64,000 nucleotides of DNA from the human T2T-CHM13v2.0 reference genome, Homo sapiens (GCF_009914755.1 NC_060941.1); one strand, 5' to 3'; shown: positions 1 to 24,743, numbered from the stretch's first letter. A program made the numbers and translations. The notes: generated by a model not told the origin, from the letters alone.

Positions 1-1
1 T

Positions 2-309
<308 letters not shown>

Positions 310-1546
310 TAAATAAATTCCCTTCTTCTCCTAGTCTGCTAAGAATTTTTATCATAAGTAGATATTGAATTTTGACAAATCTTCTTCTGCCTTTATTAAA
401 AAATCACACAATTTTTCTTATTTAGCCTGTTGATATGGTGAAATTTTCTTTTCTCTTTTTTTTGGAGACAGAGTCTCCCTCTGTTGGCCCAGGCTGGAGT
501 GAGTGGTGCGATCTTGGCTCACTGCAATCTCTGCCTCCCAGGTTCAAGCGATTCTCATGCCTCAGCCTCCCAAGTAGCTGGGATTACAGGCATGTGCCAC
601 CACGCCTGGCTAATTTTTGTATTTTTAGTAGAGGTGGGGTTTCACCATGTTGGCCAGGCTGGTCTCGAACTTCTGACCTCAGGTAATCCACCCACCTCGG
701 CCTCCCAAAATGCTGGGATTACAGGCATGAGCCACTGCACCCAGCCTATCAATTGATTTTTAAATGTTAAGCCAGCCTTGCATTTCAAGGATAAACCCCA
801 CTGAGTTGTAGTGTATTAACCTTTTTATATATTGCATTCATTTTACTAATATTTTGTGGAGGATTCTTGCATCCCTGTTTGTGGGAGATACTGGTTTTCT
901 TACAATATCTTTAACTGTTCTTGATGTCAGGATAATGCTGGCCTGAATTGGAAAATGTTTCCTGTTTGCAGAAGAAATTGTGTTGAATTGGTATCATTTC
1001 TTACTTAAATTTTGGTAGAATTTGCCAGTGAGGCCATCTGGCCTAGAATTTTTTTTTATGGAAAGGTTTTAAACTACAAATTTCAGTTTCTGCATTCACT
1101 ATAGAATTATTCAGGTTATATACTTCTTCTTAAGTCAGCTTGAAGGAATTGGCATAAAGTTGTTCATAATATTCTCTTATTAGCCTTTTAACATCTGTAG
1201 GCTCTGTATTGACATTAGCACTTTTATTGCTGGTATTGGTAATCTGTGTAATCTTTGTTTTTTTCTTGGTCAGTATAGCTAAAAGTTTATCCATTTTATT
1301 GGTATTTTCAATACAATTTCATTTCATTTATTTGGTTTTATTTATTTTCTAATATAAGCATATCATTACTTTAATTTAATTTGATTAATTTATTTTGAGA
1401 CAGAGTCTTGCTCTGTCACCCACACTGGAGTGCAGTGGTGCAGTCTGGGGCTCACTGCAGCCTTGAACTCCCAAGCTCAAGTGATCCTCCCTCTTCAGCC
1501 TCCCAAGTTTCTGGGACTACATGTGCACACTGCCACACCCAGCTAA

Positions 1547-1687
<141 letters not shown>

Positions 1688-2553
1688 TAATTTTATATAT
1701 GATCCTCCCACCTCGGCCTCTCAAAGTGCCAAAGTGCCAAACTGCTGGGATTACAGATGTGAGCTACAGTGCCGGGCACCTTCGGTATTTTCTGTTAGTG
1801 CAGGTTTGCTGCCAATGAATTGTCTTAGTTTTCCTTCATTTGAGAATATCTTTAGTTTTCCCTTCATTAATGAAGGATATTTTCATTGGTATCTAATTCT
1901 GAGTAGACAGTTTGTTTTAGCAAATTAAAGATATTCCTGGCTGGGCGTAGTGGCTCATGCCTGTAACCCCAGCAATTTGGGAGGCCGAGGTGGGTGGATC
2001 ACTTGAGGTCAGGAATTCTAGACCAGCCTGGCCAACATGGTGAAACTCCATCTCTACTAAAAATAAGAAAATTAGCCGGGCATGGTGGCATGCGCCTGTA
2101 ATCTCAGCTACTCTGGAGGCAGAGGTGGGAGAATTGCTGGAACCCAGGATGCAGTGAGCCGGGATCACGCCACTGCACTTCAGCCTGGACGACAGAACGA
2201 GACTCCATCTCAATTAAAAAAAAAAAAAAGATATTCCACTGTTTCTACTCTTCAGGGTTTCTAATAAGAAATCCACAGTCAAATCATTGTTCCCCTATAG
2301 GTAATGTATTTTTTTCTTTCTTTTTCTTTTTGAGACGGAGTCTTGCTCTGTTGCCCAGGCTTGAGTGCAGTGGCGGTGATCTCGGCTCACTGAAAGCTGT
2401 GCTTCCCGGGTTCACGCAATTCTTCTGCCTCAGCCTCCCGAGTAGCTGGGACTACAGGCGCCCGCCACCATGCCTGGCTAATATTTTGTATTTTTAGTAG
2501 AGACAGGGTTTCACCATGTTAGCCAGGATGGTCTCGGTCTCATCACCTCGTGA

Positions 2554-2751
<198 letters not shown>

Positions 2752-2965
2752 TGAGCAGCTGGGACCACAGGCATGTGCCACCATGCCTGGCTAATTTTCG
2801 TATTTTTAATAGAGATGGAGTTTCACCATATTGGCCAGGCTTGTCTCAAACTCCTGACCTTGTGATCTGCCTGCCTTGTCCTCCCAAAGTGCTGGGATTA
2901 CACAGGCGTGAGCCACCACGCCCGGCCTATGTAATGTATTTTTTTCTGCAGGTATCTCTCTCTGT

Positions 2966-3410
2966 TGTAGTAGGCTGAATAAATAGCCACCCAAAGATGT
3001 CAAGTTTTAATTCCTGAAACTCATAAATATTATTTTATTTGGAAAAAGAGTCTTTGCTGATGTAATTAAGGATTTTGAGAGGAGTCAGTTACCTTGGATT
3101 TTTCAGGTGGGTCCTGAATACCATCCCAAGTGTCCTTATAAGAGAGAGGCAATAGAGACACAGAGGAGAAAGCCATGCGAAGATGGAGCAGAGAGATATA
3201 TGGCCTTAAGCCAAGGAATGCTGATAGCTGCCAGAAGCTGGAAGAAGGCAAGGAATGGATTATCCCCTATAGCCTCCAGAGGCAATGCAGCCCTGCCAAC
3301 ACTTTAATTTTAGATTTCTGGCCTATAGAACTGTGAAAGAATAAATTTCTGTTGTTTTCAGCTACTAAGTTTGTGATCATTTGGTGCAGCATTTACAGGA
3401 AACGAATACA
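2966..3410 (+). mobile_element. MLT1-type MaLR solo LTR
   Basis: Starts TGTAGTAGGCTGAAT, contains MLT1-like core (GCCAAGGAATGC...AGAAGCTGGAAGAAGGCAAGG, ATAAATTTCTGTTGTTTT), ends GAATACA. Confidence 0.8.
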
Positions 3411-3571
3411 CCTCTCCTTCTAGGGCTCCAATTATGTGAATATTAGACCATCTAATATTGCCCCACATGTTCCTGAGGCTCTCTGTTCATTTTCTTTTAA
3501 ATCTGTTTTTCTCTGTTCTTCAGATTGGACAATTTCTCTCTGTCTTTTTTTGTTGTTTGTTTGTTTTTTGA

Positions 3572-3870
<299 letters not shown>

Positions 3871-4800
3871 TAACTCTTTCCTCTATTGGTAATCTTTATC
3901 CTATTATTGATACCATCTAGTGAAATTTTTTATTTCGGATATATTTTTTCAGTTGTAAACTTTCTGTTTGGTTCTTTTTCATAGTTTTTTTCTTCTGTTG
4001 AGAACTTATATCTTACCATGTTCACTTTTATCTTATAGAGCATGATGATAATAGCTTTCTTAAAGTCTTTGATAATTCCATCATCTTGGCATTTGTATCT
4101 GTTGATTATCTTTTTCGCTTGAGAATGGTCACTTTTTCATGACTCTTTGTATGTTGTATAATACCAGTTTGTATCCTGAACAGTTTGAATATTCCTTTGT
4201 GACTCTCTGGGTCCTATTAAAGTCTCCAGAGAATGCTGATTTTAGTTGCTGTTTTCAGCATTCAGTCATCCTGGTTGGATTGAGACTGCAAGGTCTGTCT
4301 TGCCCGTTTTTCTCCCTGTGGATTCCAATGTCAAGACAGTTTTCAAAGCCTGTCCTGTGCTGCTTTAGATCATCCTACATGTATCTGTGCCCTTTGGGGG
4401 TTAGACTTGGACTTGTGCCTTATGTTGTTCTTCGGTTTTCGAGGCTTTTGCTGTGCTGCTTTGTGGTATTCTGTGTATATGCACCTCAGGAATGAGCCCT
4501 GGACAGATGCTTATTCGTGCACAGAAGTAGGAAAACCCTTCTCTAGGTCTCCTCTCTGGGATTCTTCTCAACTTTCTGCCTCTGTCCTAGAGCCAGAATG
4601 ATGGGGCTTCTCAAGGAGGGTTAGTTGCCCATGCCACTGCCACAGCAAGAGAGACAGGGAAAAAATGGACATTTCTCCCTTACAGCTCTGAAACCCAGGG
4701 ACTCATTTTCTGAGTTCCTTGATCTACACAGACAGGGCTTCTCTGGGAGTTTTAGCTGTCCACACTGCACTGCCACAGCTCACTGTAGCCTATCCTCAGA

Positions 4801-4801
<1 letters not shown>

Positions 4802-4842
<41 letters not shown>
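4802..4842. repeat. (CA)n microsatellite
   Basis: About 20 perfect CA units. Confidence 0.97.
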
Positions 4843-4846
<4 letters not shown>

Positions 4847-5665
4847 ACTCACTCCCATGTGGGCCCCTTTCTACAAGTTTGACTCTGCATTTGTTTACTT
4901 TTCAGAGTGCACAGGGAGTTGCTTTTTGTATTTATTCCAGAGTGTTTAGTTATAACCAGCAATAGAAATAACCTATAGTGGACTACTCCATCTTGACTGG
5001 CACTGGAGTCTTAAAATGTTAATAATTCTTTCTCTTTTTTTTTTCTTTTTTTTGAGACAGGGTCCCACTCTTTTGCCCAGGCTGCAATGCAGTGGCACTG
5101 TCACTGCAGCCTCAATCTCCCAGGCTCAAGTGATCCTCTAGCTTCAGCCTCCTGAGTAGCTGAGACTACAGGTGCACACTACTGCATCCACTAATTTATT
5201 TTTATTTTTAGTTCTTTTTTTTTTGAGACGGAATTTTGCTCTTGTTGCCCAGGTTAGAGTGCAATGCTGTGATCTTGGCTCACTGCAACCTCTGACTCCT
5301 GGGTTCAAGCCGTTCTCCTGCCTCAGCCCCCCAAGTAGCTGGGATTACAGGCCCCTGCCACCATGCCTGGCTAATTTTTTGTATTTTTAGTACAGACAGG
5401 GTTTCACCATGCTGGCCAGGCTGGTCTTGAACTCCTGACCTCAAGTGATCCATCAGCCTCAGCCTCCCAAAGTGCTGGGATTACAGGCGTGAGCCACTGT
5501 GCCTGGCCCACTAATTTATTTTTTATAGAGATGGGGTCTTGCTTTGTTGCCCAGGCTGCTCTTGAACTCCTGGCCTAAAGCTATCCCCTCATCTTGGCCT
5601 CCCAAAATGTTAGGATTACAGGTGTGAGCCACCACATCCAGCTTATTTCTTAAATGAGTGATTAA

Positions 5666-6618
<953 letters not shown>

Positions 6619-7067
6619 TAACGTCAGGTGATCTGCCCACCTCAGTCTCCCAAAGTGCTAGGATTACACGCATGAGCCACTGCGCTTGGCCTGGCTTTGT
6701 TTATTACTGTACCTAATGCCTAATACCATTTTTGGCATATACTAAGTGGCCAATAAATACTTATGGAATAAACAAATGAATGGACACTTTTTAAACCTCA
6801 TCCTGCTTGACATTTTTGCAGCATTCTACACTATAGGTTGTTCCCACCTCCTGGAATCTTTCTTCCCTAAACTTTCATATTCTACTGATTTCCCCACTTC
6901 TGCAGGCTTTCTTTACAGGCAAGCTGCTACTTCTTTATGAATCTTACAGCTTCAGATATTGCTGTGAAAATGGGGACACCTACATAGTCACCCACATCGG
7001 CACAAGTACAGACTTAGAGAATAATAAATGCTCAGTCACCATTTCCTCATCTGAGAAGAGAGTGGAT

Positions 7068-8365
<1,298 letters not shown>

Positions 8366-8618
8366 CTATTGTTATTGAATCCAAAGTCTTCTAGGTCCTC
8401 TTTTTACCTGCTTCTTAGCTAATCATTATATTCCTACACAAATTCTTGTTAAGATAAAATTTTCATAAGTTAAAAACTTGTCTCTTACGTAAATATAAAC
8501 AGAAAATAAGTCAGGCCAGGTGCGATGACTCACGTCTGTAATCCCAGCACTTTGGGAGCCCAAGGCCAGAGGATCTGTAGAGTCCAGGAGTTTGAGACCA
8601 CCCTGGCCAACACGGTTA

Positions 8619-9420
<802 letters not shown>

Positions 9421-9509
9421 TAACACAAATTTCTGTTTCCTTCCTCTTTCATCCTTACATGAAACAGCTGATGGCCCAGGTATTCATTCTTGAAACATTC
9501 AAGGAGTAA

Positions 9510-9821
<312 letters not shown>

Positions 9822-11537
9822 TGAGCCACCGCGCCCGGCCTGGAGTGTTAATTTTTCATTTAGGAGATGATAAAATGGTATTATTTTTATTAAAAACGGC
9901 CTTCATTAGTTTGTATTTTTTTTCCCCCAGTTCTCATTTGGTTTAAATGGTTTGGCATACTTGTGTTATATTCCCAGTTTCATTTTAACTTCCATGAGGG
10001 GAGAAAATAAATTTTTGGTTTTTTTAGACGGAGTTTTCACTTTTGTCGCCCAGGCTGGAGTGCAGTGATGCAATCCTGGCTCACTGCAACCTCGGCCTTC
10101 TGGGTTCAAGCAATTCTCCCTGCGCCAGCCTCCCGTGTAGCTGGGATTACAGGTGCCTGCCATCACACTTGGCTAATTTTTGTATTTTTCGTAGAGACGG
10201 GGTTTCACCACGTTGGCCAGGTTGGTCTCAAACTCCTGACCTCAAGTGATCTGCCCACCTCAGCCTCTTAAAGTGCTGGGATAACAGGCGTGAGCCACCT
10301 CGCCCAGCCCAAAATACAATTACTCTTTTTTTTTTTTAAATAGAAAGTGTATCCTCTAATTCAGCCATGGTATATAGCACTTATGCTACCACTGTGCTTA
10401 CCCATAGCTATGGTAGATACAATTGATACCAGAGTCACTCTGGATTAGCCTGGACTCAGCCTCATATTCCTTCTCAACACAGAATTCCAGGCACCCACTC
10501 TCAGTCAATTAAAGTTGGCACAAGATGGACATGTTTTATTAAAAACTGAGTGTTTTAAAGAAATACGTCACTCAGGTGTGGTAGCTCCCACCTGTAATCC
10601 CAGCACTTTGGAGGCTGAGGCAGGAGAATCGCTTGAGCCCAGGAGTTCAAGACCAGCCTGGGCAACATGGCAAAATCCTGTCCTCTACAAGAAATTTTAC
10701 AGTTAGCCAGGCATGGTGGCATGTGCCTGTATTCCAGCTACTCAGGAGGCTGAGGTGGGAGGATCACCTGAGCCCAGGAGGTTGAGGCTGCAGTGAATTG
10801 AGATCGTACCACTGAGCTCCAGCCTGAGTGACAGAGATCCTGTCTCAAGAAAAAATAAATAAATAAAAAGTATAAAAAGAAAGTGGTGCTTAAGTAAGAC
10901 CAATCAAAAATTATTGTATGGGCTCATTCATGTATATGTGAGTATAGGGAGACAATTGTGGTCTCTCTCCCAAAATAAAAATGTCTTTTGGGAATTGTTC
11001 TAAAATAATTTGTCGTATGGGGTTGATTATAATCTCACGAAGTATGTTTCCTTTGTTTTTTTTTTTAGACAGGGTCTTCCTGCATTTGCAGGCTGGAGTG
11101 TAGTGGCATAATCATGGTTCACTGCAACTTCTGCCTCTTGGGCCCAAGCAATCTCCCATCTCAGCCTTCCTAGCAGCTGGGTCCACAGGCACACACCACC
11201 ACGCCTGGCTAACTTTAAAATTTTTTATAGAGACGGAGTCAGCCTAGGCTGATTGGTGACGGCCCAGGTTGGTCTTGAACTCCTGGGCTCAAGTGATCTT
11301 CCCACCTCAGCCTCTCAAAGTTATGGGATTAGGGGAGTTAACCACGGAGTCCAGCCTCTTTTTTTTTTTCTTTTTTCCCCCCCAAATCCAAGCAAATTAT
11401 TAAGGTAGATACATTTCTTATATAAAAATTAATTTACATCATGTGACCCAGTGGTTGGACCTTCTGGAAAATAAAGACCCATTTTCAGTACATTGTTTTG
11501 AATGTATCCACATTTGATCCTAAAGTAACGTACTTTA

Positions 11538-12742
<1,205 letters not shown>

Positions 12743-13052
12743 TAGATGTACCTTATGTCCAAAGGAAGCACTTGGTGTTTTACACAGTGTAGTATCAAAA
12801 CACGGATAAGGAGACAGAATTTATTGGCTTAATGTTCTCTTTAGAGCTCTTGATATTCATGTAGCATAATTATTAAAAACATGGACTCCAATGCCAAACA
12901 TCCTTCAGTTTAGCTTGGAGAGACTATTTAACCTTGCACTGTCTCAGTGTCCTCATCTTAATGGGGTTGTGGTGAAGACCTTTTATTTACTTATATAACT
13001 GTGAGGAATGTACACATTCATATGCACATACATGTATTTATGTATGTATATA

Positions 13053-14221
<1,169 letters not shown>

Positions 14222-14709
14222 CATACACTCTCATGCAGAGCACTTAGAATAGTCTAAGGACATGGAAAGCACTATACATGTTAATTATGACTTATCTTTA
14301 CAAATCAACCTCAATATTGTCCTGGCACAGTAACTCACGCCTGTAATCCCAGCACTTTGGGAGGCTGAGGTGGGTGGATCACTTGCGGCCAGGAGTTTGA
14401 GACCAGCCTGGCCAACATGGTGAAAACCTGTCTCTAATAAAAATACAAAAATTAGCTGGGCCTGGTGGCGGGTGCCTATAATCCCAGCTACTTGGGAGGC
14501 TGAGACAGGAGAATCAACCGCTGCCTGGGAAGCAGAGGTTGCAATGAGCCGAGATCGCTCCACTGCACTCCATCCTGGGTGACAGAACGAGGCTTCATTT
14601 CAAAAACAAACAAACAAACAAACAAATCAACCTTAATAGCATTCCTTAAATACTTACAAGTTCTGGTTCATGGATCTTTTATCATGAAAGAGTATTACAA
14701 TTTATTTTA

Positions 14710-15180
<471 letters not shown>

Positions 15181-16249
15181 CTACTCAGTCCATGGTATTC
15201 TTCATAAAATGGCTGTAAGAGGCAGCAATACTAAGAAAAACATGAATTTATGAACATAAGTACTGCTTTTTCCCCCTCAGTTTGATTTAAATTTAATATC
15301 CTCCCACAATGGGAAATGATTTACAATAAAGAGATAAACTGGAAAGAATAAGAAAATGGAAAAAGATGTCATTTCTTTTTACTACCCAACAGATTTACCA
15401 TATGTTTTAAAATGATGCTTGGCCATCTACAGTAAATGAAACAAAATGCTTTTTAAAAAAATGTAACACTTTAAACTATTTTTACGACCAAACTCTCCCT
15501 CTCTTGTGAAATATCCATCTTACTAAGCAAAGGTTTATTTAAGCTCCACTTACATCTATGTTGTTTTTAGCTCATTTCCTTTTTAAAAAAGCAATGGGCA
15601 AGTTTATTTCCCAGTTTATCTGTTATAATAAAATATAAAAAGCATTTCTGTTTTGGCCTCTAGTATAGCATTATCGAAAGCTACGAAACTCACAGCAAAA
15701 TATAGGACAGTGTAAAATTAGAAACTGCTGGTGTTTCTTTAGCAGCAGTTGCTGTCCTTGCAGTTGTTTTCCCCTCTTGCCACCAGCACAAATCTGAAAG
15801 TCACCTCTGTGTACCAGACAACAAACCCCAAGTGTGTTGTTTAAATAACACACTTTATTATTCACATAGCATAGATTTCACCCTTTTAAAGTACACAGTT
15901 CGCTGGGTTTTAGTATAATCACAGAGTTGTGTAATCATTACCATTGTCCATTTAGAACATTTTTTTCTCTCCAAAAAAAAAAACAAAAAACCCCCCAAAA
16001 ACTCCATACCCTTTAGCATTCATTCCCCATTCCTTCATTCCCCCAGGACCTGGCAATCACTAATCTACATTCTGTCTCTGTGGACTTGCCTATTCCAGAC
16101 ATTTCATATAAGTGGAATCACAATTATGTGACCTTTGTGACTGGCTTCTTTTGCTTCTTCTTCTTCTCCTTTTTTTTTTTTTTTTCTTTTCTTTTAGCTA
16201 CAGGGTCTCACTATGTTGCCCAGGCTAGTTTCAAACTCCTGGGCTCGAG

Positions 16250-17791
<1,542 letters not shown>

Positions 17792-19282
17792 AAACTCCTG
17801 GGCTCAAGCAATCCTCCTGCCTCGGCCTCCCAAAGTGCTGGGATTACAGGCATGAGCCGCCATGCCCAGCCAGCTTTTTTCACTTAGCTTAATGCTTTCA
17901 AGGTTTATTCATGTTGCAGAACGTATCAGTACTTCATTCCTTTTTATGGTCAAATAATATTCCATTGTACGGATATACCACAGTTTGTTTAATCATTCAC
18001 CAGATGATGGACATTTAGGTTGTTCTTGTGTTGATTATTATGAACAATGCTGTTATTAACATTTATGTACAAGTTTTTATGTGGATATATGTTTTTATTT
18101 TTCATGAGTATATGTACAAAGAATGAAGTTGCTGGGTCATATGATAACCTTTTGAGGAACTGCTAGACTATTTTCCAAAGTGGCTGCACCATTTAGCATT
18201 CCCAGTTGCAGTGCATTAGAGTACCGATTTCTCCACGTTCTAACCTTTGTTATCTATCTTTTTGATTATAGCCATTCTAGCTGGAATGATGTGGTATCTC
18301 ATTTTGATTTTGATTTGCATTTCTCTGATGGCTAATGACATTGAGCATCTTTTCATGTGCCCATTGTCCATTTGCATATCTTCTTTGGAAAAATTTCTTT
18401 TCAGATGCATTTTTTTAAAAAAACAATTATGGGTTTTATCTTAATATGGTGTCGTAAGTTTTTTAGAATATATTCTGAATATAAGTCTCATAACAGATAT
18501 ATGATTTGCAAATATTTTCTCTCATTCTGTGGGTACTTGAGCTTTCTTGATGGTATTTTTTGAAGCACTAAAATTTTCAGTTTTCATGAATTCCAGTTTA
18601 TCTGTTTATCTTTGGTTGCTTATGCTTTTAATGTTGTATCTAAGAAAGCATTCTGTAACCCAAGAAAATTTACTTTGGGGGGTCATGGTGGTTCACACCT
18701 GTAATCTCAGCACTTTTGGGAGGTTGAGACTTGAGACCAGGAGTTGAAGATTAGCTTGGGAAAAATAGTGAGACCCTGTCTCAAAAAAAAAAAACAAAAC
18801 TAAAAAGTAGCCAGACATGGTGGCATATTTCTGTGGTCCCAGCTACTCAGGAGGCTGAAATGGGAGGATTGCTCGAGCCCAGGAGGTGGAGGCTATAGTG
18901 AACCATGTTCACACCTCTGCACTCCAGCCTGGGTGACAGAGTGGGACCCTGTCTCCAAAAATACATAAATATATAAAAATTTTTAATTTACTTATATATT
19001 TTTTCCATAAGTTGTACAGTTTCAATTCTTACATTTTGAGCTAATTTTTTATGTATGGTGTGACATAGGAGTCCAAATTAATTTTTTTGCAATTCACTTG
19101 TCCCAGCGCCATATATTGAAAGGCTCTTTGTCACTGAATTTCCTCGGCATCTTTGTCAAAAATCAGTTGACCATGAATGTAAGGGTTTATTTCTGGGCTT
19201 TAATTCTATTGCATTGATCTGTATGAATGTTGAATGTTCTTATACCAGTACCACACTGTCTTGATTGCTGTAGCTTTGTGCT

Positions 19283-19655
19283 TGATATGGTTAGGCTTGG
19301 TGTCCCCACCCAAATCTTATCTTGAAGTGTAATCCCCATAATCACTATAATCCCCATGTGTCAAGGGAGAGACCAGGTGGAGGTAATTGAATCGTGGAGG
19401 CAGTTCCCCATGCTGTTCTCATGACAGTGAGTTCTCATAAGATCTGATTGTTTTATAAGGGGCTCTTTCCCCTTTCTCTTGGCGCTGCTTCTTGCTGCCT
19501 TGTGAAGAAGGTGCCTTGCTTCCCCTTCACCTTGATTGTAAGTTTCCTGAGGCCTCCCCAGCCATGCTGAACTGTGAGTCAATTAAACCTCTTTTCTTTA
19601 TAAATTGCCTAGTCTCAGAAAGTTATTTATAGCAGTATGAAACCGGACTAATACA
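19283..19655 (+). mobile_element. THE1 MaLR solo LTR
   Basis: TGATATGGTT...GGACTAATACA with 5-bp TSD GTGCT (19278-19282, 19656-19660). Confidence 0.92.
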
Positions 19656-19790
19656 GTGCTGTTTTGAAATCAGGAAGTGCCCATCCTTCAACTTTGTTCT
19701 TTCTCAAGGTTGTTTTGGCTATTTTGTGTCCCTTGTATTTCTTTCACTATTTTTCTTCCTTTTGTAGTTTTAACTGACCATTTTATATGA

Positions 19791-20228
<438 letters not shown>

Positions 20229-20869
20229 TAATCTGAATTTTAGAATCAGCTTGACAACTTCTGCAAGAAAGAAAACTGGGGTTTTGATAGGATTGCCTTG
20301 AGGCTGGGCATGGTGGCTTATGCCTGTAATCCTAGCACTTTTGGAGGGCGAGGTGGGCGGATCATCTGAGGTCAGAAGTTCGAGACCACCCTGGGCAACA
20401 TGGTGAAACTCCGTCATTACTAAAAATGCAAAAATTAGCTGGATGATGTGGCACACACCTGTAATCCCAGCTACTGGGGCGGCTAAGGCACTAGAATCGC
20501 TTGAACCCAGGAGGCGGAGGTTGCAGTGGGCCTAGATGGCGCCACTGCACTCCAGCCTGGGAGACAGAGCGAGACTCCATCTCAAGAAAAAAAAAAGATA
20601 TCACACTGTACCCCATAAGTAAGTGCAATTATTATGTGTCAAAAATAAAAAATTATATAAGAACTAATAAACAAGTACACCAATGTTGTAGGGTACAAGA
20701 TCAATAAATGAAAACCAATCATATTTCTGGCCGGGCATGGTGGCTGGGCTCAGTGGCACAAGCCCAGGAGTTTGAGACCAGCCTGGCCAGCATGGTGAAA
20801 CCCTGTCTCTACTAAAACTACAAAAATTAGCCGGGCGTGGTGGCACATGTCTGTAATCTCAGCTACTCA

Positions 20870-21118
<249 letters not shown>

Positions 21119-21200
21119 TCAAAGACCAGCCTGGTCAACACAGTGAAACCCCGTCTCTACTGGGAAAAAAAAAAAAAAAAAAAAAAAAAAAGGAAGAAGA

Positions 21201-21454
21201 AGAAGTTGGCAGCATGGGGAGGGGGAGGAACAAGTGGGGAGTGGTGCTGTTGTTAAAAAAAATACTGGTCTGCTTCAACCCAAGGGGAATCAGAAGATCA
21301 AAAGCAGTTTGGGAAAGCCAGAACCGTCAGGGATGGAGGGAGAAGGAAAATCCAGGGGGTGGGGGGTTCTGTTTGGCAACTGGGGTGAAGGGATTGCTTT
21401 CTCCCTGCTGGGATTCTCCCCAACCCTTCCGGTCAGGCAGGAAGGGAGCAGCCT
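21201..21454 (-). pseudogene. CFL1 (cofilin-1) 3'UTR retro-fragment
   Basis: Reverse complement reads CAATCCCTTCACCCCAGTTGCCAAACAGA...CCCCTGGATTTTCCTTCTCCCTCCATCCC...CCCAAACTGCTTTTGATC...CATGCTGCCAACTTCT, recalled as CFL1 3'UTR. Confidence 0.75.
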
Positions 21455-21455
21455 A

Positions 21456-21495
21456 TTTCACTGCAGGCCCAGATGAAGTGCGTGCATGGACCATC
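21456..21495 (+). pseudogene. Isolated 40-bp OLA1 coding fragment ([13 protein letters not shown])
   Basis: TTTCACTGCAGGCCCAGATGAAGTGCGTGCATGGACCATC matches 17451-17490 with 2 mismatches. Confidence 0.92.
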
Positions 21496-22858
21496 CTTGA
21501 ACTCCTGGGTGCAAGGGTTCCTTCTGCCTCAGCTTCCCAAGTAGTTAGGACTACAGGTGTGTGTGCCACCATGTCCAGGTAAGGTTTTTTATTTCTGGGG
21601 GGTGGGGGAGCTGTCTCGCTATGTTGCCCTGGCTGGTCCTAAATTCCTGGGCTCAAGGAATCCTTGCACTCAGCCTCCCCAGTGGCTGGATTACAGGCAT
21701 AAGCCACTATGGCCAGCCCTCCTGTAATACTTTTAAATCATCTCTATGTTAAGCCTGGCTAATTTTTGTTTTTTTATGGCTTTTTGTTGTTGTTGTTGTT
21801 GTTGTTTTGTAGAGATGGAATTTCCCCATGTTGCCCAGGCTGGTCTGGAACTCCTGGGCTCAGGCAATCCTCCCTCCTCGGCCTCCCAAAGTGTTGGGAG
21901 TATAGGCATGAGCTACTGTACTTGGCCTAGCAGTGGTGTTTTAAATAAATATGCTTTTGGCCAGGCATGGCAGCTCACACCCGTAATCATAGCACTTTGG
22001 GAGGCTGAGGTGGTAGGGCTGCTTGGGCCTGGGAGGTTGAGGCTGCAGTAATCTGTGATCACACCACTGAACTCCAGCTGGTTGACAGAGCAAGACACTG
22101 TCTCAAAAACTGTGTATGTATATATGCTTTGGATTTTCATACTTTCTCTAGCACCGCAGACTGCTAAATAATCATAGTCAATTAATGGAAATGAACTCCT
22201 ATTCTTGCTTATTGAGTTATGAATTAAAATGAGTAAATTATGAAAACATACTAATTATTGATATTTTGTGTAGATCAGCAATATTTGAACTTTCTCCCAC
22301 CTGAGTGGAAGGCAAGCTAAACTTGGAAGCACTCTTGGATTTTTTTGTTGTTTTTTCTTTTTTTATTTTAATATTTTTATTGCTTATATTTCTTTTTTAC
22401 GTTTTAATCTGTTAAAGTCAAAGATTTTTTAAATTCCTAGACTGATGGAGAGTAGTTATTTAAAAGCTTGACAAAATAATTTTAATACTGTCTAACCAGC
22501 AAAGTTTATGAAATCTTTTTTTTTTTTTTTTTGAGACAGGGTCTTGCTCTGTCACCCAGGTTGGGGAGCAGTGTTGCAACCATGGCTCACTGCAGCCTTG
22601 AGTACCAGGCCCAAGCAATCCTCCCACCTCAGCCTCCAGAGTAGCTGGGCCTACAGGCAGGCAGTGCCACGCCAGGCTTATTTTTTTTAGTAGTGACAGG
22701 GTCTCGCTATGTTGCCCAGGCTAGTCTTGAACTCTCAAGAGCTCACACAAGCCTCCTGCCTCGGCCTCCCAAAGTGCTGGGATTATAGGTCTGAGCCACT
22801 GTGCCCAGCCTGAAGTCTTTAATTGATACACCTAAAGTTACTTTTATGATACATCATT

Positions 22859-22897
<39 letters not shown>

Positions 22898-23381
22898 TTT
22901 TGAGACAGAGTCTTGCTCTGTTGTTCAGGCTGGAGTGCAGCGGTGCCATCTTGGCTCACTGCAACCTTCGCCTCCTGGGTTCAACCGATTCTCCTGTCTC
23001 ACCCTTCTGAATAGCTGGGATTACAGGTGTGGGCCACCAAGCCCGGCTAATTTTTCATTTTTAGTAGAGATGGGGTTTTACCATGTTGGCCAGGCTGGTC
23101 TTGAACTCCTGATCTCAAGTGATCTGCCTGCCTTGGCCTCCCAAAGAGCTGGGATTACAGGCATTAGCCACTGCATCCAACCTTATGATGCATAATTTTA
23201 GAGATTGCTTTTTTAGACAAATATTGAACTCATGTATTAAATAGTTTAATGAAAACTCAGACTCTATCTGATATGATACCTCTTTTTTTTTTACTTTTAT
23301 TCTTAAGTTATATATTTATTATAAAAATATTCAAGTTAGTAGGGAATTTTTAAAAATGTAAAATTCTGTTGTTCATCTTAA

Positions 23382-23903
<522 letters not shown>

Positions 23904-24384
23904 TAGTTTTATGTTTGTGGACAGATTGTTTTAGAACAAGTAAAACACACTTAAGAATTAAGTCTCAATTTGGAATTTGTAATATTTTGATGCATCTACA
24001 AGGACGACCTAGTCCTTAAGTGGAACTTCTGTATATTCAGAAGCTCTTTAAGCTTTTCTTCACAGGATTTAGAAATTCATAATGTGAGAAATCGGCATTT
24101 CCTAATTTTAAACTTTCCCTAGTATATGTAGTCATCAGTAGCTGGTATCTACCAAACAAAGAGGGAAGTTTTTGAAAATTAAACCCGGCTAATTTTCTGC
24201 AAAGTTTTTATTCATGAATTAACAGTATTTCCCTTTGTCCATTTTTCCCAGGGCAAATATAGAAGCAGTTTGGTCAGGTACTGGCAGTAATAAAGCTGGA
24301 TTCTCTTTAAGAGATTGATGAGGTCGAGCGCGGTGGTTCACGCCTATAATCCCAGCACTCTGGGAGGCCGAGGCAGGCGGATCA

Positions 24385-24678
<294 letters not shown>

Positions 24679-24743
24679 CTAGACTAGACTAGTGTCGTCC
24701 AGTGCAGTAGCCGCTAGCCACAGGTAGCTATTGAAAACTTGAA

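Noticed and set aside
24252-24277. Plus-strand 26-nt exon-like block (cccag|...|gtactg)
   Set aside because: Isolated, with no partner plus-strand exons found; likely chance
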